Below are positions 40,327-50,900 of a stretch of 64,000 nucleotides of DNA, in pieces (the first letter of the stretch is position 1; every line of letters starts with the position of its first letter). The DNA is taken from NCBI GenBank assembly GCA_046538485.1, contig JBKHIT010000024.1, forward strand, positions 1 to 64,000, read 5' to 3'. The notes under the pieces are model-generated. The model had not been told where the DNA came from and made no database searches. It was given only the letters and a program-made list of their open reading frames with translations. Both the position numbers and the translations under genes were made by a program. This DNA comes from Candidatus Brocadiia bacterium (lineage in GTDB: Bacteria; Planctomycetota; Brocadiia; SM23-32).

Positions 40327-40839
40327 ATGAACGTAATAGATGCTATCTGTGAAAGACGCAGTGTTCGATCCTACGAAGACCGCGAAGTGGAAGAGGAAAA
40401 ACTCGAGCAGGTTCTCGATGCCGGCCGGCGTGCGCCTTCAGCCAACAACCGCCAGAACTGGAAATTTATTGTCGTGCGTGATGCAGATCTCCGTGCCAAA
40501 TTGGTCGAAGCAGCCAACGGACAGAAGTTTGTCGGACAGGCCCCCGTGGTCATTGCCGCCTGCGCAACATCGACGGACCACGTTATGTCTTGTGGACATC
40601 CCGACTATTTGGTCAACCTGGCTATTGCGATCGACCACATGACACTGGCAGCCTGCGAGCTGGGATTAGGCTCATGTTGGATCGGTGCTTTTGACCAGCA
40701 AAAGGTTACGGATTTGCTCAATATCCCCGATGAAGCTTCTGTTGTGGAGCTTCTTCCGCTGGGATATCCCGCAGTCGAGCCCGGACAGAAGTCACGAAAA
40801 TCCCTTGAAGAAGTGGTTTCCTACGATGGGTGGGCGTAA
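40327..40839 (+). CDS. Nitroreductase family protein
   Basis: RRSVRSY, APSANNRQ, GLGSCWIG, LPLGYP. Confidence 0.93.
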   Translation: MNVIDAICERRSVRSYEDREVEEEKLEQVLDAGRRAPSANNRQNWKFIVVRDADLRAKLVEAANGQKFVGQAPVVIAACATSTDHVMSCGHPDYLVNLAIAIDHMTLAACELGLGSCWIGAFDQQKVTDLLNIPDEASVVELLPLGYPAVEPGQKSRKSLEEVVSYDGWA

Positions 40840-40951
40840 ATTGCTCCAGAGGGTAGCCGTTCGAACTGCAGCAAGAAAACCAAAAAAAAGTTGATTCTCG
40901 GTATTGAGCGGGTAGTATATAAAAAGATTTAAGGGACTTTAGAACTGGGAG

Positions 40952-41527
40952 GTGATGCAAATGCGTTTCATGGTTCTTTTATTAATCGGAGCAGCGATTT
41001 CCGGCTGTACGGCGAGGTATCAAAGGGTGACGGTGATGGAGCCGACAAAAGAGCTGGATCCCCAAAAGTCAGTTGCCATTAGCACTCCTGCGAGTGGTAG
41101 CTATGGGGAAGAAGATTACCCGAAATCAGGACACATGACCGCTGGTGCCGTCCGTTTGGCCTTTGAGCGACATAGCAGGGAGGTTTGGATTTCCGAAGAT
41201 TGCAGAGATCTTGAGTGTTTAAAAGGGGGCAAACGCGCCGGTTATTATGTCGTCCCGGAAATCCTGCGCTGGGAGGATCATATCCTTGCCTGGGGAGGAA
41301 CGCCGGATAGAATGGAAGTTAAGCTGACAATCTATGAGGATAAAAGCTGGGAGAGACTTGCTTCCGCTGTCATTTCCGGCAAAAGCAGATGGTTGACCTT
41401 TGGGGCGGAAAGACCGCAACATTTACTGCCTGAGCCCCTGACCCGCTACGTCCGTATGCTTTACGGCGTGGTCCCTGAAGAGGAAGAGAGTTCAGAGCCC
41501 GACGAAGCGAGTAAGAAGGAAGAATAG
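40952..41527 (+). CDS. Lipoprotein (DUF4823-like)
   Basis: AISG-C lipobox, PEILRWED, GGGAGG RBS. The family assignment is from recall. Confidence 0.7.
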   Translation: MMQMRFMVLLLIGAAISGCTARYQRVTVMEPTKELDPQKSVAISTPASGSYGEEDYPKSGHMTAGAVRLAFERHSREVWISEDCRDLECLKGGKRAGYYVVPEILRWEDHILAWGGTPDRMEVKLTIYEDKSWERLASAVISGKSRWLTFGAERPQHLLPEPLTRYVRMLYGVVPEEEESSEPDEASKKEE

Positions 41528-41616
41528 AAGAAGAAACTGCCGAGAAAAATGGAACGGCGCGCAAAATTCTTTTCTTGATGCGTGAGCAAGCGAACAGGGC
41601 TGTTCTCAAAAACGGA

Positions 41617-41934
41617 TCATACAACCCGAATATTGATGGATTTTTTCTCCTCGTCGATCCGTATCAATTCGCCCTCAGCTCCCATCTCAATCATTTGGAC
41701 GAGAAGTTCGGGATCCACCTCCCCGAATTTCTCTCGAGGAATCATATTGAGTCCCGATTCGAGCTTGGCAAGTGGTATGCGGACATCCACGAAGGAAACC
41801 TCATCCGTACCTTCGATCACAGGATTGTGATCCACGATGGTGACGTGCAGGAATTTATTATTTGCCACCTCTTCCCTCCTCTCAGGTGTTTCCTCGGGGG
41901 AAACCTCAAAAGTTTCAATTCCCTCTTCACTCAT
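41617..41934 (-). CDS. Small acidic hypothetical protein
   Basis: 105-aa ORF with GAGGAG RBS upstream. Confidence 0.65.
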   Translation of the reverse strand: MSEEGIETFEVSPEETPERREEVANNKFLHVTIVDHNPVIEGTDEVSFVDVRIPLAKLESGLNMIPREKFGEVDPELLVQMIEMGAEGELIRIDEEKKSINIRVV

Positions 41935-42451
41935 AACGATCTCCTCTGACGAGCAGTAACTCCGATGGGTCGATTCTCCAACGATCTATCCTTATATCAC
42001 AAATCACTGGAATGTCAACGGGGAGGGTATCATTTTGCCTTCAAAGGCTATTTGAAGCCTTTTTAAAGGGGGGGGATCGTTTTGAAAAAACGGGCCCTGC
42101 AGGGCCGAAACGCGCTGCGCACGCTCTCCCGAAGCCGCTAATGCAGCCGGGCTTATGCGAGGGCCATGGATGCCAAAATGGCGGGGCGAATTCACGGAGG
42201 CTATATAAAACGGCGCATGCCGTTCAGGCGTAAAAATTTACAACAACAAGGGTTATGAACGGTGTTCAATAAAGATTCTACCCTGATTGGGCAAGAATGG
42301 CTTCCAATTGTCCGTAAAATCCGGGGTGGCAGTTTCTCGAAGCCTCGAGCTTTGTCCTGAAAAACCGGGTGTTTGCCGTAAGTTATGGCGCTGCGTTAAA
42401 ATTGCTTCCCGGATGTGTCCAGTTTTTGCGCCATCTTTTGAGGAGAATGTT

Positions 42452-43234
42452 ATGAGCGAAGGACAGCACAATAGCAAAAGCCCGCGAAATGCCTTCCATG
42501 TTCGGTCAAAACGAGGGGTCCAGAGCGACTTCGAATTGCTGGACGCCTCGCGTCAACGTACTGAGTTCTCACAGGATGATACCTGGCGAGTGTTCCGCGT
42601 TATGGCAGAATTTGTTGAAGGATTCGAAAACCTCTCACGGTTGGGGCCAGCGGTCTCAATTTTCGGCAGCGGACGCGCTGGAAAGGAAGATAAGTACTAC
42701 GAACAAGCTCGTGTTACCGCTCGTCTTCTGGCGGAGAAAGGGGTTGCAGTTATTACGGGCGGTGGCCGTGGTTTTATGGAAGCGGCTAACCGAGGCGCCA
42801 AAGAAGGCGGGGGAACGTCGGTCGGTCTGAATATTGAAATTCCTTCGGAACAGAAACCAAATGATTATCTCGATCTGATGCTGGAATTCCATTACTTTTT
42901 CTGCCGCAAGGTAATGTTCGTCAAATATAGCATCGGGTTCATTATGTTCCCGGGTGGTTATGGGACTATGGACGAATTGTTTGAGTCCCTTACTCTGATC
43001 CAAACCGAGCGAAATGAAAACTTCGGGGTGGTCCTTCTTGGCAGCGATTACTGGGGCGAGATGCTGAACTGGATGCAGGATAAGATGCTGGCCAGAGGCT
43101 ATATTTCGGAGGATAACTATGAAATCCCTCATGTAACCGACGAACCCGAGGAGGCGGTGGAGATCATACTCGAACAACTCAAGGTCGTGGCGGAGTTAAC
43201 GGCAGCTGAAACCACACGGGAAGACGTTCAATAA
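42452..43234 (+). CDS. LOG family (TIGR00730-type) nucleotide phosphoribohydrolase
   Basis: TGGGRGFMEAAN, RKVMF, PGGYGTMDE; AGGAG RBS before ATG 42452. Confidence 0.92.
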   Translation: MSEGQHNSKSPRNAFHVRSKRGVQSDFELLDASRQRTEFSQDDTWRVFRVMAEFVEGFENLSRLGPAVSIFGSGRAGKEDKYYEQARVTARLLAEKGVAVITGGGRGFMEAANRGAKEGGGTSVGLNIEIPSEQKPNDYLDLMLEFHYFFCRKVMFVKYSIGFIMFPGGYGTMDELFESLTLIQTERNENFGVVLLGSDYWGEMLNWMQDKMLARGYISEDNYEIPHVTDEPEEAVEIILEQLKVVAELTAAETTREDVQ

Positions 43235-43240
43235 AGAATT

Positions 43241-44107
43241 TCAAGGATCGACCGAAACCAGTTCGCCGTAAATTTTCCCAACATAGACTTTAGAGAGGAG
43301 TTTGACAGGGAGTCCCCGTTCCTCGGCAAACCACAACCGGATTGAACGGTATTTTCCATCCTCTTCGCTCCGCTCTTCCTCGCTGCCGGCAAGGGCGTGC
43401 AGACGTAATTCTACCTCGGTGGCCTCGTAATCTCCAGCCTTTACACTCACCCGTTGTTTTTGTTTCGGAACAAATTCCGCGGCATATATTTCGTCCTTGT
43501 GGACGACCTCGAGAACAAGTTTCTCTCCCGATTTGATGCGAAGAGAACGAGCCATCAAAAACGCACCTGGAAGATCAAGTCCATGAACGAATTGCAAACG
43601 CTCCACGGAACGTTCATCGTCTTCCCGTTCATAAAGAGCGGTTTTAACGACTTTGCGCTTTCGATCGAATTCAACAGTATAGACATCTTTTTCATGCCCT
43701 TTTTCAGAACTTGTTCGTCTGCCCCGTGCCGGCAGCAAAGTTTTGCGATTCAGCCAGGTCTTTCCATTAACCCGATAACTCCAGAGTTTTTCAACAAACG
43801 CATTTGTCGTCCTCCCTTCATAGGAGAACACGAATTGATCGGGATGTTCCTTTGCCTTATCAATCGTTAAGGTGAACCGTGCGCACTCCAGGCCGTTCCA
43901 GCCAAATTCATATACAAGTTTTTCGCCGGGGGAAAACGGGGGCTTTCCAGGATTCAAACGGGTGAGGTCTGGCCATTTAATACGCTCGCGTGTCAGGTCG
44001 CTTTGTTTTTTCCCGCGCTTGGTCAGAGCGCGATGTAAAAACAAAAACCCCGGAATCAGGATGATCACTGCGCCGACGCAGATCAAAAGCCGTTTTCTTC
44101 CGGTCAT
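43241..44107 (-). CDS. DUF3108-like exported beta-rich protein
   Basis: N-terminal TM, PFSPGEKLVY, V.VKAG.Y, RLWFAEERGLPVK. Confidence 0.7.
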   Translation of the reverse strand: MTGRKRLLICVGAVIILIPGFLFLHRALTKRGKKQSDLTRERIKWPDLTRLNPGKPPFSPGEKLVYEFGWNGLECARFTLTIDKAKEHPDQFVFSYEGRTTNAFVEKLWSYRVNGKTWLNRKTLLPARGRRTSSEKGHEKDVYTVEFDRKRKVVKTALYEREDDERSVERLQFVHGLDLPGAFLMARSLRIKSGEKLVLEVVHKDEIYAAEFVPKQKQRVSVKAGDYEATEVELRLHALAGSEEERSEEDGKYRSIRLWFAEERGLPVKLLSKVYVGKIYGELVSVDP

Positions 44108-44186
44108 AATGCCTCCAGACAGGATGTCCTGACAGGCTCTCGCAGGAGCGGGCCGATCACTGAAGTACTCTGACTTTTCTCCAGAA

Positions 44187-44208
44187 GTAGCACCGGCATC
44201 TTGCCGGT
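44187..44208. repeat. REP-like GTAG-headed palindrome
   Basis: GTAGC-ACCGGCA-TCT-TGCCGGT: a GTAG tetranucleotide followed by a perfect 7-bp hairpin. Confidence 0.55.
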
Positions 44209-44299
44209 CCAGGGGTTTATACCCCCCGGAAGTTTGTAGGTCTCAGGAGGACCGGTCCCCGTTAATGCTAAAATCATGGAGGTATTTTTTCCGCACCGG

Positions 44300-45445
44300 T
44301 TACCCGATAATTTCGGCAAGTTTATCCATCCGCTCGGCAATTGGCAAACTTTGCGGGCAAACCTCAATACATTCCTCACAGTCTACGCAACGAGACGGAT
44401 CCTTGTTTTCGCCGCTGAGGTTTTCGATTTGCTGCCGGGCATTCTCCAATCCGAATATTTCCGATGCTTGATAGAGTCCCATAAGCTGGTAAATAGCCAA
44501 ATTTTGCGGACAGGCTCCGAGACAATAACGACAGCCGGTGCAGAGGGGTTGTCCTTTGCTGAATTCCTGGAACGCTTCGATAAATGCGTCACGCTGATCT
44601 CCGCTCATCATGTCACCGGAACTGACTATATCCACATTTTGCTCGAGATGTGCGATCTCATTCATGCCCGATAAAATAGTACTGATTCCGGGATGACTTT
44701 GCAGAAAGCGGAATGCGACTTCCTGAACAGGAGCGTCTGCCAGCTCGGGCAGATGTTTGGAGAAAACTTCCGATTTTCCGGTGAGCAATCCTCCACGAAG
44801 CGGGCCCATAATTTTTACGCCGATGTCATTTTCTTGGGCGTAATCCAGAACTTTCTCGCAATAGCGACCGAGAAAATTATAGTAAACCGTGATCGTGCGA
44901 AAATCGGGCACCTGGTCGAGCCAGCTGATAATCTCATCAGCCTGAGCATGAGACGTAAATCCGAGGTGCTTAACGAGGCCCTGCTCCTGAGCTTCTCTCA
45001 TCGCCTGCAACGGACTGTCGTCTCCGTTACGCGCCGTTTCGAAATCCTCGGGTTTACTCAAGTCCCAGAACTGGTAGAAATCGAAATAATCTACGCCCAC
45101 GCGGTCGAGTGAATTTTCGATACTCATCCACATTTCATCTCGATTACGAATTCCAATATTGGCTTCCGCGCGTTCGTGACGTTCCTCTCCAGGGCGAACT
45201 TGAGCTTTTGCCGACAACACCACATCCTCGCGGTTAACATCTTTAATGGCGCGTCCCGTCCACGTTTCGGCGTTTTCCTCGTAACTATCCCAGGAATACG
45301 CACTGCCTATATCGAAGTAGTTCATTCCGAGTTCCAGGCCGCGATGTATAATTTCCGCGGCGTTCTCTCCACTCTTATAACGCATTGTGCCAAACCCGAG
45401 GACCGAGACTTCAATTCCTGTGTCACCAACTTCGCGATACCGCAC
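44300..45445 (-). CDS. Aldo/keto reductase with C-terminal 4Fe-4S dicluster domain
   Basis: LGFGTMR, KHLGFTSH, CTGCRYC...CP and CVDCEECIEVCPQ. Confidence 0.92.
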   Translation of the reverse strand: MRYREVGDTGIEVSVLGFGTMRYKSGENAAEIIHRGLELGMNYFDIGSAYSWDSYEENAETWTGRAIKDVNREDVVLSAKAQVRPGEERHERAEANIGIRNRDEMWMSIENSLDRVGVDYFDFYQFWDLSKPEDFETARNGDDSPLQAMREAQEQGLVKHLGFTSHAQADEIISWLDQVPDFRTITVYYNFLGRYCEKVLDYAQENDIGVKIMGPLRGGLLTGKSEVFSKHLPELADAPVQEVAFRFLQSHPGISTILSGMNEIAHLEQNVDIVSSGDMMSGDQRDAFIEAFQEFSKGQPLCTGCRYCLGACPQNLAIYQLMGLYQASEIFGLENARQQIENLSGENKDPSRCVDCEECIEVCPQSLPIAERMDKLAEIIG

Positions 45446-45796
45446 AACAACCTCCTGAAAGCCAAACGATTGGAAAAATCCAGCGGGGACTTTCCGGTGA
45501 AATCTAACCCGGATAGAACGGTAAGATACCAGTTAGCTGTGGCTGCTTCAAGAGAAGTTGTTTTTTCTCCTTTTGTTCAGAGAGGCAATTTTCTAAAAGC
45601 CGAACGCAGAGTCGCGCTGATTGAAGAGCTCCCCAAAAAGCCTCACCGAACGATTTTGTGTCTCAAATGACCAATATCCTCGGCTTATTGAGCTTCGAAT
45701 TACTGTGTTCACTTGCGCAAAACCGAAGCAGGCTGTAAATTCTTGCCAGCGCGGCAGCGTTGGTACGTCATTTCAGCATTGGCTCTGGAGAATCAT

Positions 45797-46729
45797 ATGG
45801 ACTACGAGGAGTTTGCACAGGAACGTATTGACGAGATTAAGGAGATGGTCGGCGACGAAGTGGCAATTAATGCCCTCAGCGGGGGAGTCGACAGCTCGGT
45901 TGTGACGGTGCTCGGGCACAAAGCTCTTGGTGAAAACATGAAGTCGTTTTTCATCGATACGGCTCTGATGCGGGCCGGCGAACCACAGCACGTTGTGAAG
46001 TTGTTTGCGGATATGGGAATTCCCGTGGAACTGATCAATGCCCGCGGCGAGTTCCTCGACGCACTCGAAGGCGTCACCGATCCCGAGGAAAAACGCAATG
46101 CGGTCACCAGCACGTTCTATTCCGATATCTTCGCCCGACTGGTCGAAGAGACGGGAGCGAAATACCTCATGCACGGGACGATCCTCACGGATATCGATGA
46201 GACGGTGGCTGGAATAAAACGGCAACACAACATACTCTCCCAGATCGGCATCGACACCGAAGAACAATACGGATATTCTGTTATCGAGCCCCTGAAGACC
46301 CTGCGCAAAGACGGGGTTCGGGAACTCGCCCGAGTTCTGAGAATGCCGGACGAGATTTCCGAACGGATCCCGTTCCCCGGCCCCGCGCTGGCGACCCGGA
46401 TCGTCGGCGAAGTGAACGAAGAACGTCTCGAAACGGTCCGCAAGGCAACCAAAGTGGTGGAGGAGGAACTGGCCGAAACGGGAGCGTTCCAGTACCTGGC
46501 GGTTCTGCTTAACGACAGGGCCACCGGTATCCGCGAGGGCCGACGCGAATTCGGCCAGATCATTGTGGTGCGTTGCGTGGAAAGCGTGGACGCCCGAACG
46601 GCCACCGCTACACGCCTGCCCTGGGATAAACTCGAGACCGTTTGCGAACGGATAACCCAGATCCCTGATGTCAACCGGTGCCTGTATGACCTCACGCCAA
46701 AACCTCCGGCCACGATCGAATATGTATGA
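45797..46729 (+). CDS. GMP synthase ATP-pyrophosphatase subunit (no glutaminase domain)
   Basis: ALSGGVDS PP-loop, DPEEKR, PFPGPALATR, YDLTPKPPATIEY; only ~310 aa; GGAG RBS. Confidence 0.85.
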   Translation: MDYEEFAQERIDEIKEMVGDEVAINALSGGVDSSVVTVLGHKALGENMKSFFIDTALMRAGEPQHVVKLFADMGIPVELINARGEFLDALEGVTDPEEKRNAVTSTFYSDIFARLVEETGAKYLMHGTILTDIDETVAGIKRQHNILSQIGIDTEEQYGYSVIEPLKTLRKDGVRELARVLRMPDEISERIPFPGPALATRIVGEVNEERLETVRKATKVVEEELAETGAFQYLAVLLNDRATGIREGRREFGQIIVVRCVESVDARTATATRLPWDKLETVCERITQIPDVNRCLYDLTPKPPATIEYV

Positions 46730-46779
46730 AGAGGACACACTGTTTGAACTTACTTTTACTACCAGGTTAAGGATTCAAC

Positions 46780-47847
46780 ATGGACGGTTATTTGATTCTG
46801 GCTGACGGGACGAAACTGGAAGGAGAGTTTGTTACAGATCCCAAAGAAAATCCCACTGTTGCGGTCGGTTGGGTGGCCGCCAATACCGCGATTGTCGGAT
46901 TTCAGGAAATGGCCACCGACCCCGCCTACCGCGAGCGCATTCTGGCGTTCACCTACCCTGAAATCGGTAATGTGGGCATCACCGACGATGCCTTTGAATC
47001 TGATTCGTTTCAGATCGCCGGACTCATCGTCAAAGTTCTCAGCGACCTGCCGAGCCACTATCGATCCCAGGGAAATTTTGGTGACGCGCTGGCCGAACAA
47101 AAAATCCCGTGTCTGGTTGATGTCGATACCCGAGCCCTCGCAGTGCATCTGCGGACGGAGGGCGAAATGCCGGCTGCGATCGTAACCCCAGACGCGGATG
47201 AGGCTGATGTAACGACGCAACTGGCCGATATGGCACGCCCCGACTTCCAACCGCCGAAACACGTTTCAGAAACTGAAGAGGGGAGCGACCCGCGTGTGAG
47301 CGTCCTCGATCTGGGACTGCGCCGTTCGACACTCCAGCAGCTTGCACGATGCTGCAATCCGTCCCCGATCCCATGGGATTCAGCCCCGGACGATATCCTG
47401 GAAAGCGAGCCCGACGGCGTTCTCGTCTCCGATGGGCCCGGCGGATCGCTTCCCGCGGATCAAACCATCGAGACGTTGCGTGAGTTGCGAGGGCGCGTTC
47501 CGCTCTACGGCTGGGGCCTGGGACACGTTGCCCTCGGTATGGCGCTGGGATGCGAGCCGACGTTCTTGAAACGGGGCCATCACGGCGCGAATTATCCGAT
47601 CAGAAATGTGGTGGACGGAAGCCTTGAGATCGCCGTACAACGTCACACCGTCCTTCTGGATCGTGAAAGCGTCGAATCCTGCGAGAACGCCGAAGTGCTC
47701 TGGGAGAATCTCAACGATGAAACCGTCGAGGGTATACGGAGCGCGGACGGATCAATCGTCGGCATGCAGGTTTTGCCGGTTCCGCCCCATCCGGACGGCG
47801 TTAATCCCCATATGCAGTCGTTTGTGGACAGACTTGCCGGTAAGTGA
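46780..47847 (+). CDS. carA: Carbamoyl-phosphate synthase small subunit with degenerate catalytic triad
   Basis: GFQEMATDPAY, FTYPEIGNVG, DTRAL, DGPG, GHHGANYP; upstream of carB. Has GWGLGH instead of GICLGH and QVLPV instead of QYHPE. Confidence 0.88.
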   Translation: MDGYLILADGTKLEGEFVTDPKENPTVAVGWVAANTAIVGFQEMATDPAYRERILAFTYPEIGNVGITDDAFESDSFQIAGLIVKVLSDLPSHYRSQGNFGDALAEQKIPCLVDVDTRALAVHLRTEGEMPAAIVTPDADEADVTTQLADMARPDFQPPKHVSETEEGSDPRVSVLDLGLRRSTLQQLARCCNPSPIPWDSAPDDILESEPDGVLVSDGPGGSLPADQTIETLRELRGRVPLYGWGLGHVALGMALGCEPTFLKRGHHGANYPIRNVVDGSLEIAVQRHTVLLDRESVESCENAEVLWENLNDETVEGIRSADGSIVGMQVLPVPPHPDGVNPHMQSFVDRLAGK

Positions 47848-47911
47848 GCGCATACTGGCACGGATAATTTTCTGACTCGAAATTCAATGAGAAAGAGCTA
47901 GGAACCTGCAG

Positions 47912-50900
47912 ATGCCGAAAAGAACGGATCTGGAAAAGATATTGATGATCGGTAGCGGCCCCGTCATTATTGGCCAGGCATGTGAATTCGATTACAGCGG
48001 GAGCCAGGCGTGCAAAGCGCTGCTCGAAGAAGGATATGAGGTTGTGCTGATTAACAGCAACCCCGCCACAATCATGACCGACCCGGTCATGGCTCACCGG
48101 ACCTACATCGAACCGATCACCGCCGATGTGATCGAAAAAATTATCGATCGCGAGCGCCCCGACGCTATCCTTCCGACACTCGGCGGCCAGACGGGACTGA
48201 ATGTTGCTGTTTTTCTTGCGGAAAAGGGCGTTTACGACAAATATGGTGTGGAAGTTCTGGGGTGCAATCCCGAGGCCATAAGCACCGCCGAGGACCGCGA
48301 ACTTTTCAAGGAAGCCATCACCGAGATCGGATTGCAAGTACCCGGCAGCGGCATCGCCCGGTCCGTGGAAGAGGGTATGGCAATCGTCGATGAAATCGGT
48401 CTCCCTGTTATCATCCGTCCGGCTTTCACGCTCGGCGGAACCGGCGGCAGCACGGCGTACAACCTCGAAGAAGCTCCGGAACTGATCAACACCGGCCTGG
48501 ATAGCAGCCCCGTCAATGAGGTGCTCGTCGAAGAAAGCGTTATCGGCTGGAAAGAAATCGAATATGAGGTGATGCGGGATTGCAAAGACAACGTCATCCT
48601 CGTTACCAGCATGGAAAACGTCGATCCCATGGGCGTTCACACGGGCGATAGCGCGGTGGTGGCGCCGTCTCAGACGCTCACGGCGCGAGAATACGCACGG
48701 TACATTGATTACTGTCATCGAATTATCCGGCGCATCGGCGTGGGCGGGGGAGGAATCAACATCCAGTTCGCCGACGATCCCGAAAGTGAAGACGTCATGG
48801 TGATCGAAGTCAATCCGAGACTCTCCCGTTCTTCGGCTCTGGCCAGCAAGGCAACCGGCTTCCCGATCGCGCGGATTGCGACCAAATTGGCCGTCGGCTA
48901 TAGCCTCGATGAGGTGCTCAACGACGTCACCGGGTGCACCTGGACGCTCCAGGAACCGACCGTGGATTACTGCGTCTATAAAACTGCCCGGTTTACGTTT
49001 GAAAAGTTCCCTTCCGCCGAACGGGTCATAAATACCAGTATGAAAGGTGTGGGGGAGTCGATGTCGATCGGGCGAACGTTCAAAGAATCGTTCCAGAAAG
49101 GTCTGCGTTCGCTGGAGATCGGCCGGTACGGGTTCGGCGCCGATGGGAAAGATCCCGAAGAGCTTCCGCCCGAAGAGAAAATCGTTGCCAAACTTTCAAA
49201 ACCCAACGACGAGCGGTATTTTTACATCCGTTACGCTTTCCAGCACGGTTTTGACGTCGAACGTGTCCACCAACTGAGCAAAATGGATCGCTGGTTCCTG
49301 CGCAACTTCAAGGAACTTGTGGATTTCGAAGATGAACTGAAGGCCACTGATTGCGCATCCATTGATGCCGAAACGATGCACAAGGCCAAGAACTGGGGAT
49401 ACAGCGACCGGCAGATTGCTTTCCTGCTCGATTGCGAGGAGAGTGAGATCCGCGCGCGACGCAAAGAACTGGGAGTTGCCCCGTCCTACAAACTGGCCGA
49501 TACGTGTGCCGGTGAGGTCGAAGCGGATCGCCCCTATTTCTACAGTGCCTATGAGGAAGTTAATGAGTCCCGAGCGACCGACAAAAAGAAAGTGATGATC
49601 CTCGGGGGCGGTCCAAACCGAATCGGACAGGGTATCGAGTTTGATTACTGCTGCGTGCACGCGGCCATGGCCGTGCGGGAAGACGGGATGGAAGCGGTGA
49701 TGGTCAACTGTAACCCCGAGACCGTCAGCACCGATTACGATACATCCGATCGGCTGTACTTCGAACCGATGACCTCTGAAGATGTGCTCAACATCGTCGA
49801 GGAGGAGGATCCATGGGGTGTGATCCTTCAGTTCGGCGGGCAGACGCCGTTGAACATCTCGGCTGAGCTCGAAGAAAACGGCGTCCCGCTGCTCGGAACG
49901 AGCCCCCGGAGCATCGATCTGGCCGAAGACCGTAAGCAATTCAGCAACCTTATCACCGAACTGGGTCTCCAGCAGGCCCCTAACGGTAGCGGCACGTCCT
50001 ACCAGGAGGCGCTCGAAATCGCCAGCCGGATCGGGTTCCCCGTCCTGGTGCGCCCGTCTTTTGTGCTCGGCGGCCGGGCCATGGAAATCGTTTACGATGA
50101 GGAAGAGCTCGAGCACTTCATGACCGAAGCGGTCGACGCCTCGCCAGAACGGCCCGTCCTCGTGGATAAATTCCTGGAAGAAGCGATTGAGGTCGACGTC
50201 GATGCGGTTTCCGATGGCGAAAATACCGTGATCGGCGCGATCATGGAGCATATCGAAGAAGCGGGAGTGCACAGCGGCGACAGCGCGTGCGTGATCCCGC
50301 CGCAGACGTTGTCGGACGAAGTGTGCGATGAGATTGCCCGGCAGACCAGAGCTCTGGCCGAAGCGCTCGAAGTTGTCGGACTTATCAATGTTCAGTATGC
50401 GGTGCAGAACGGTGAGGTCTATGTGCTCGAGGTCAATCCGCGGGCCTCGCGGACCATTCCTTTCGTATCCAAGACTATCGGTGTCTCACTTGCGAACATC
50501 GCGACCAGGGTGATGCTGGGATATTCACTCGAGGAGACGGATCTGACCGAACAGATTGTGCCGGAGCACGTGGCGGTCAAAGAGGCCGTGTTCCCATTCG
50601 CGCGTTTCCCGGGTATTGATACCCAGCTCGGCCCCGAGATGAAATCGACAGGGGAGGTGATGGGACTGTCCGACGATTTCGGGCTGGCGTTTGCGAAGGC
50701 GCAGATCGCCGCGGGGCACGTCCTGCCGACGGAAGGAACGGCGTTCTTCAGCCTTCGTGACCGCGATAAAGTGCCGGAGATGGCGAAGGTCGCTCGGACG
50801 TTTTCCGAGGTGGGACTCGACCTCTGCGCCACAGATGGAACGGGGAAATTTTTGAGAGCCGAGGGGCTTGAAGTCGAAAGAATCAACAAAGTCAGGGAGG

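Noticed and set aside
42004..42440. Short ORFs in this gap and the N-terminal extension of the LOG gene from 42287
   Set aside because: No motifs or RBS; a better start with AGGAG lies at 42452.
47515..47517. CarA Cys to Gly as a single-base sequencing error (TGC to GGC)
   Set aside because: The catalytic His and Glu and several neighbouring substrate residues are also changed, so one error cannot explain it.
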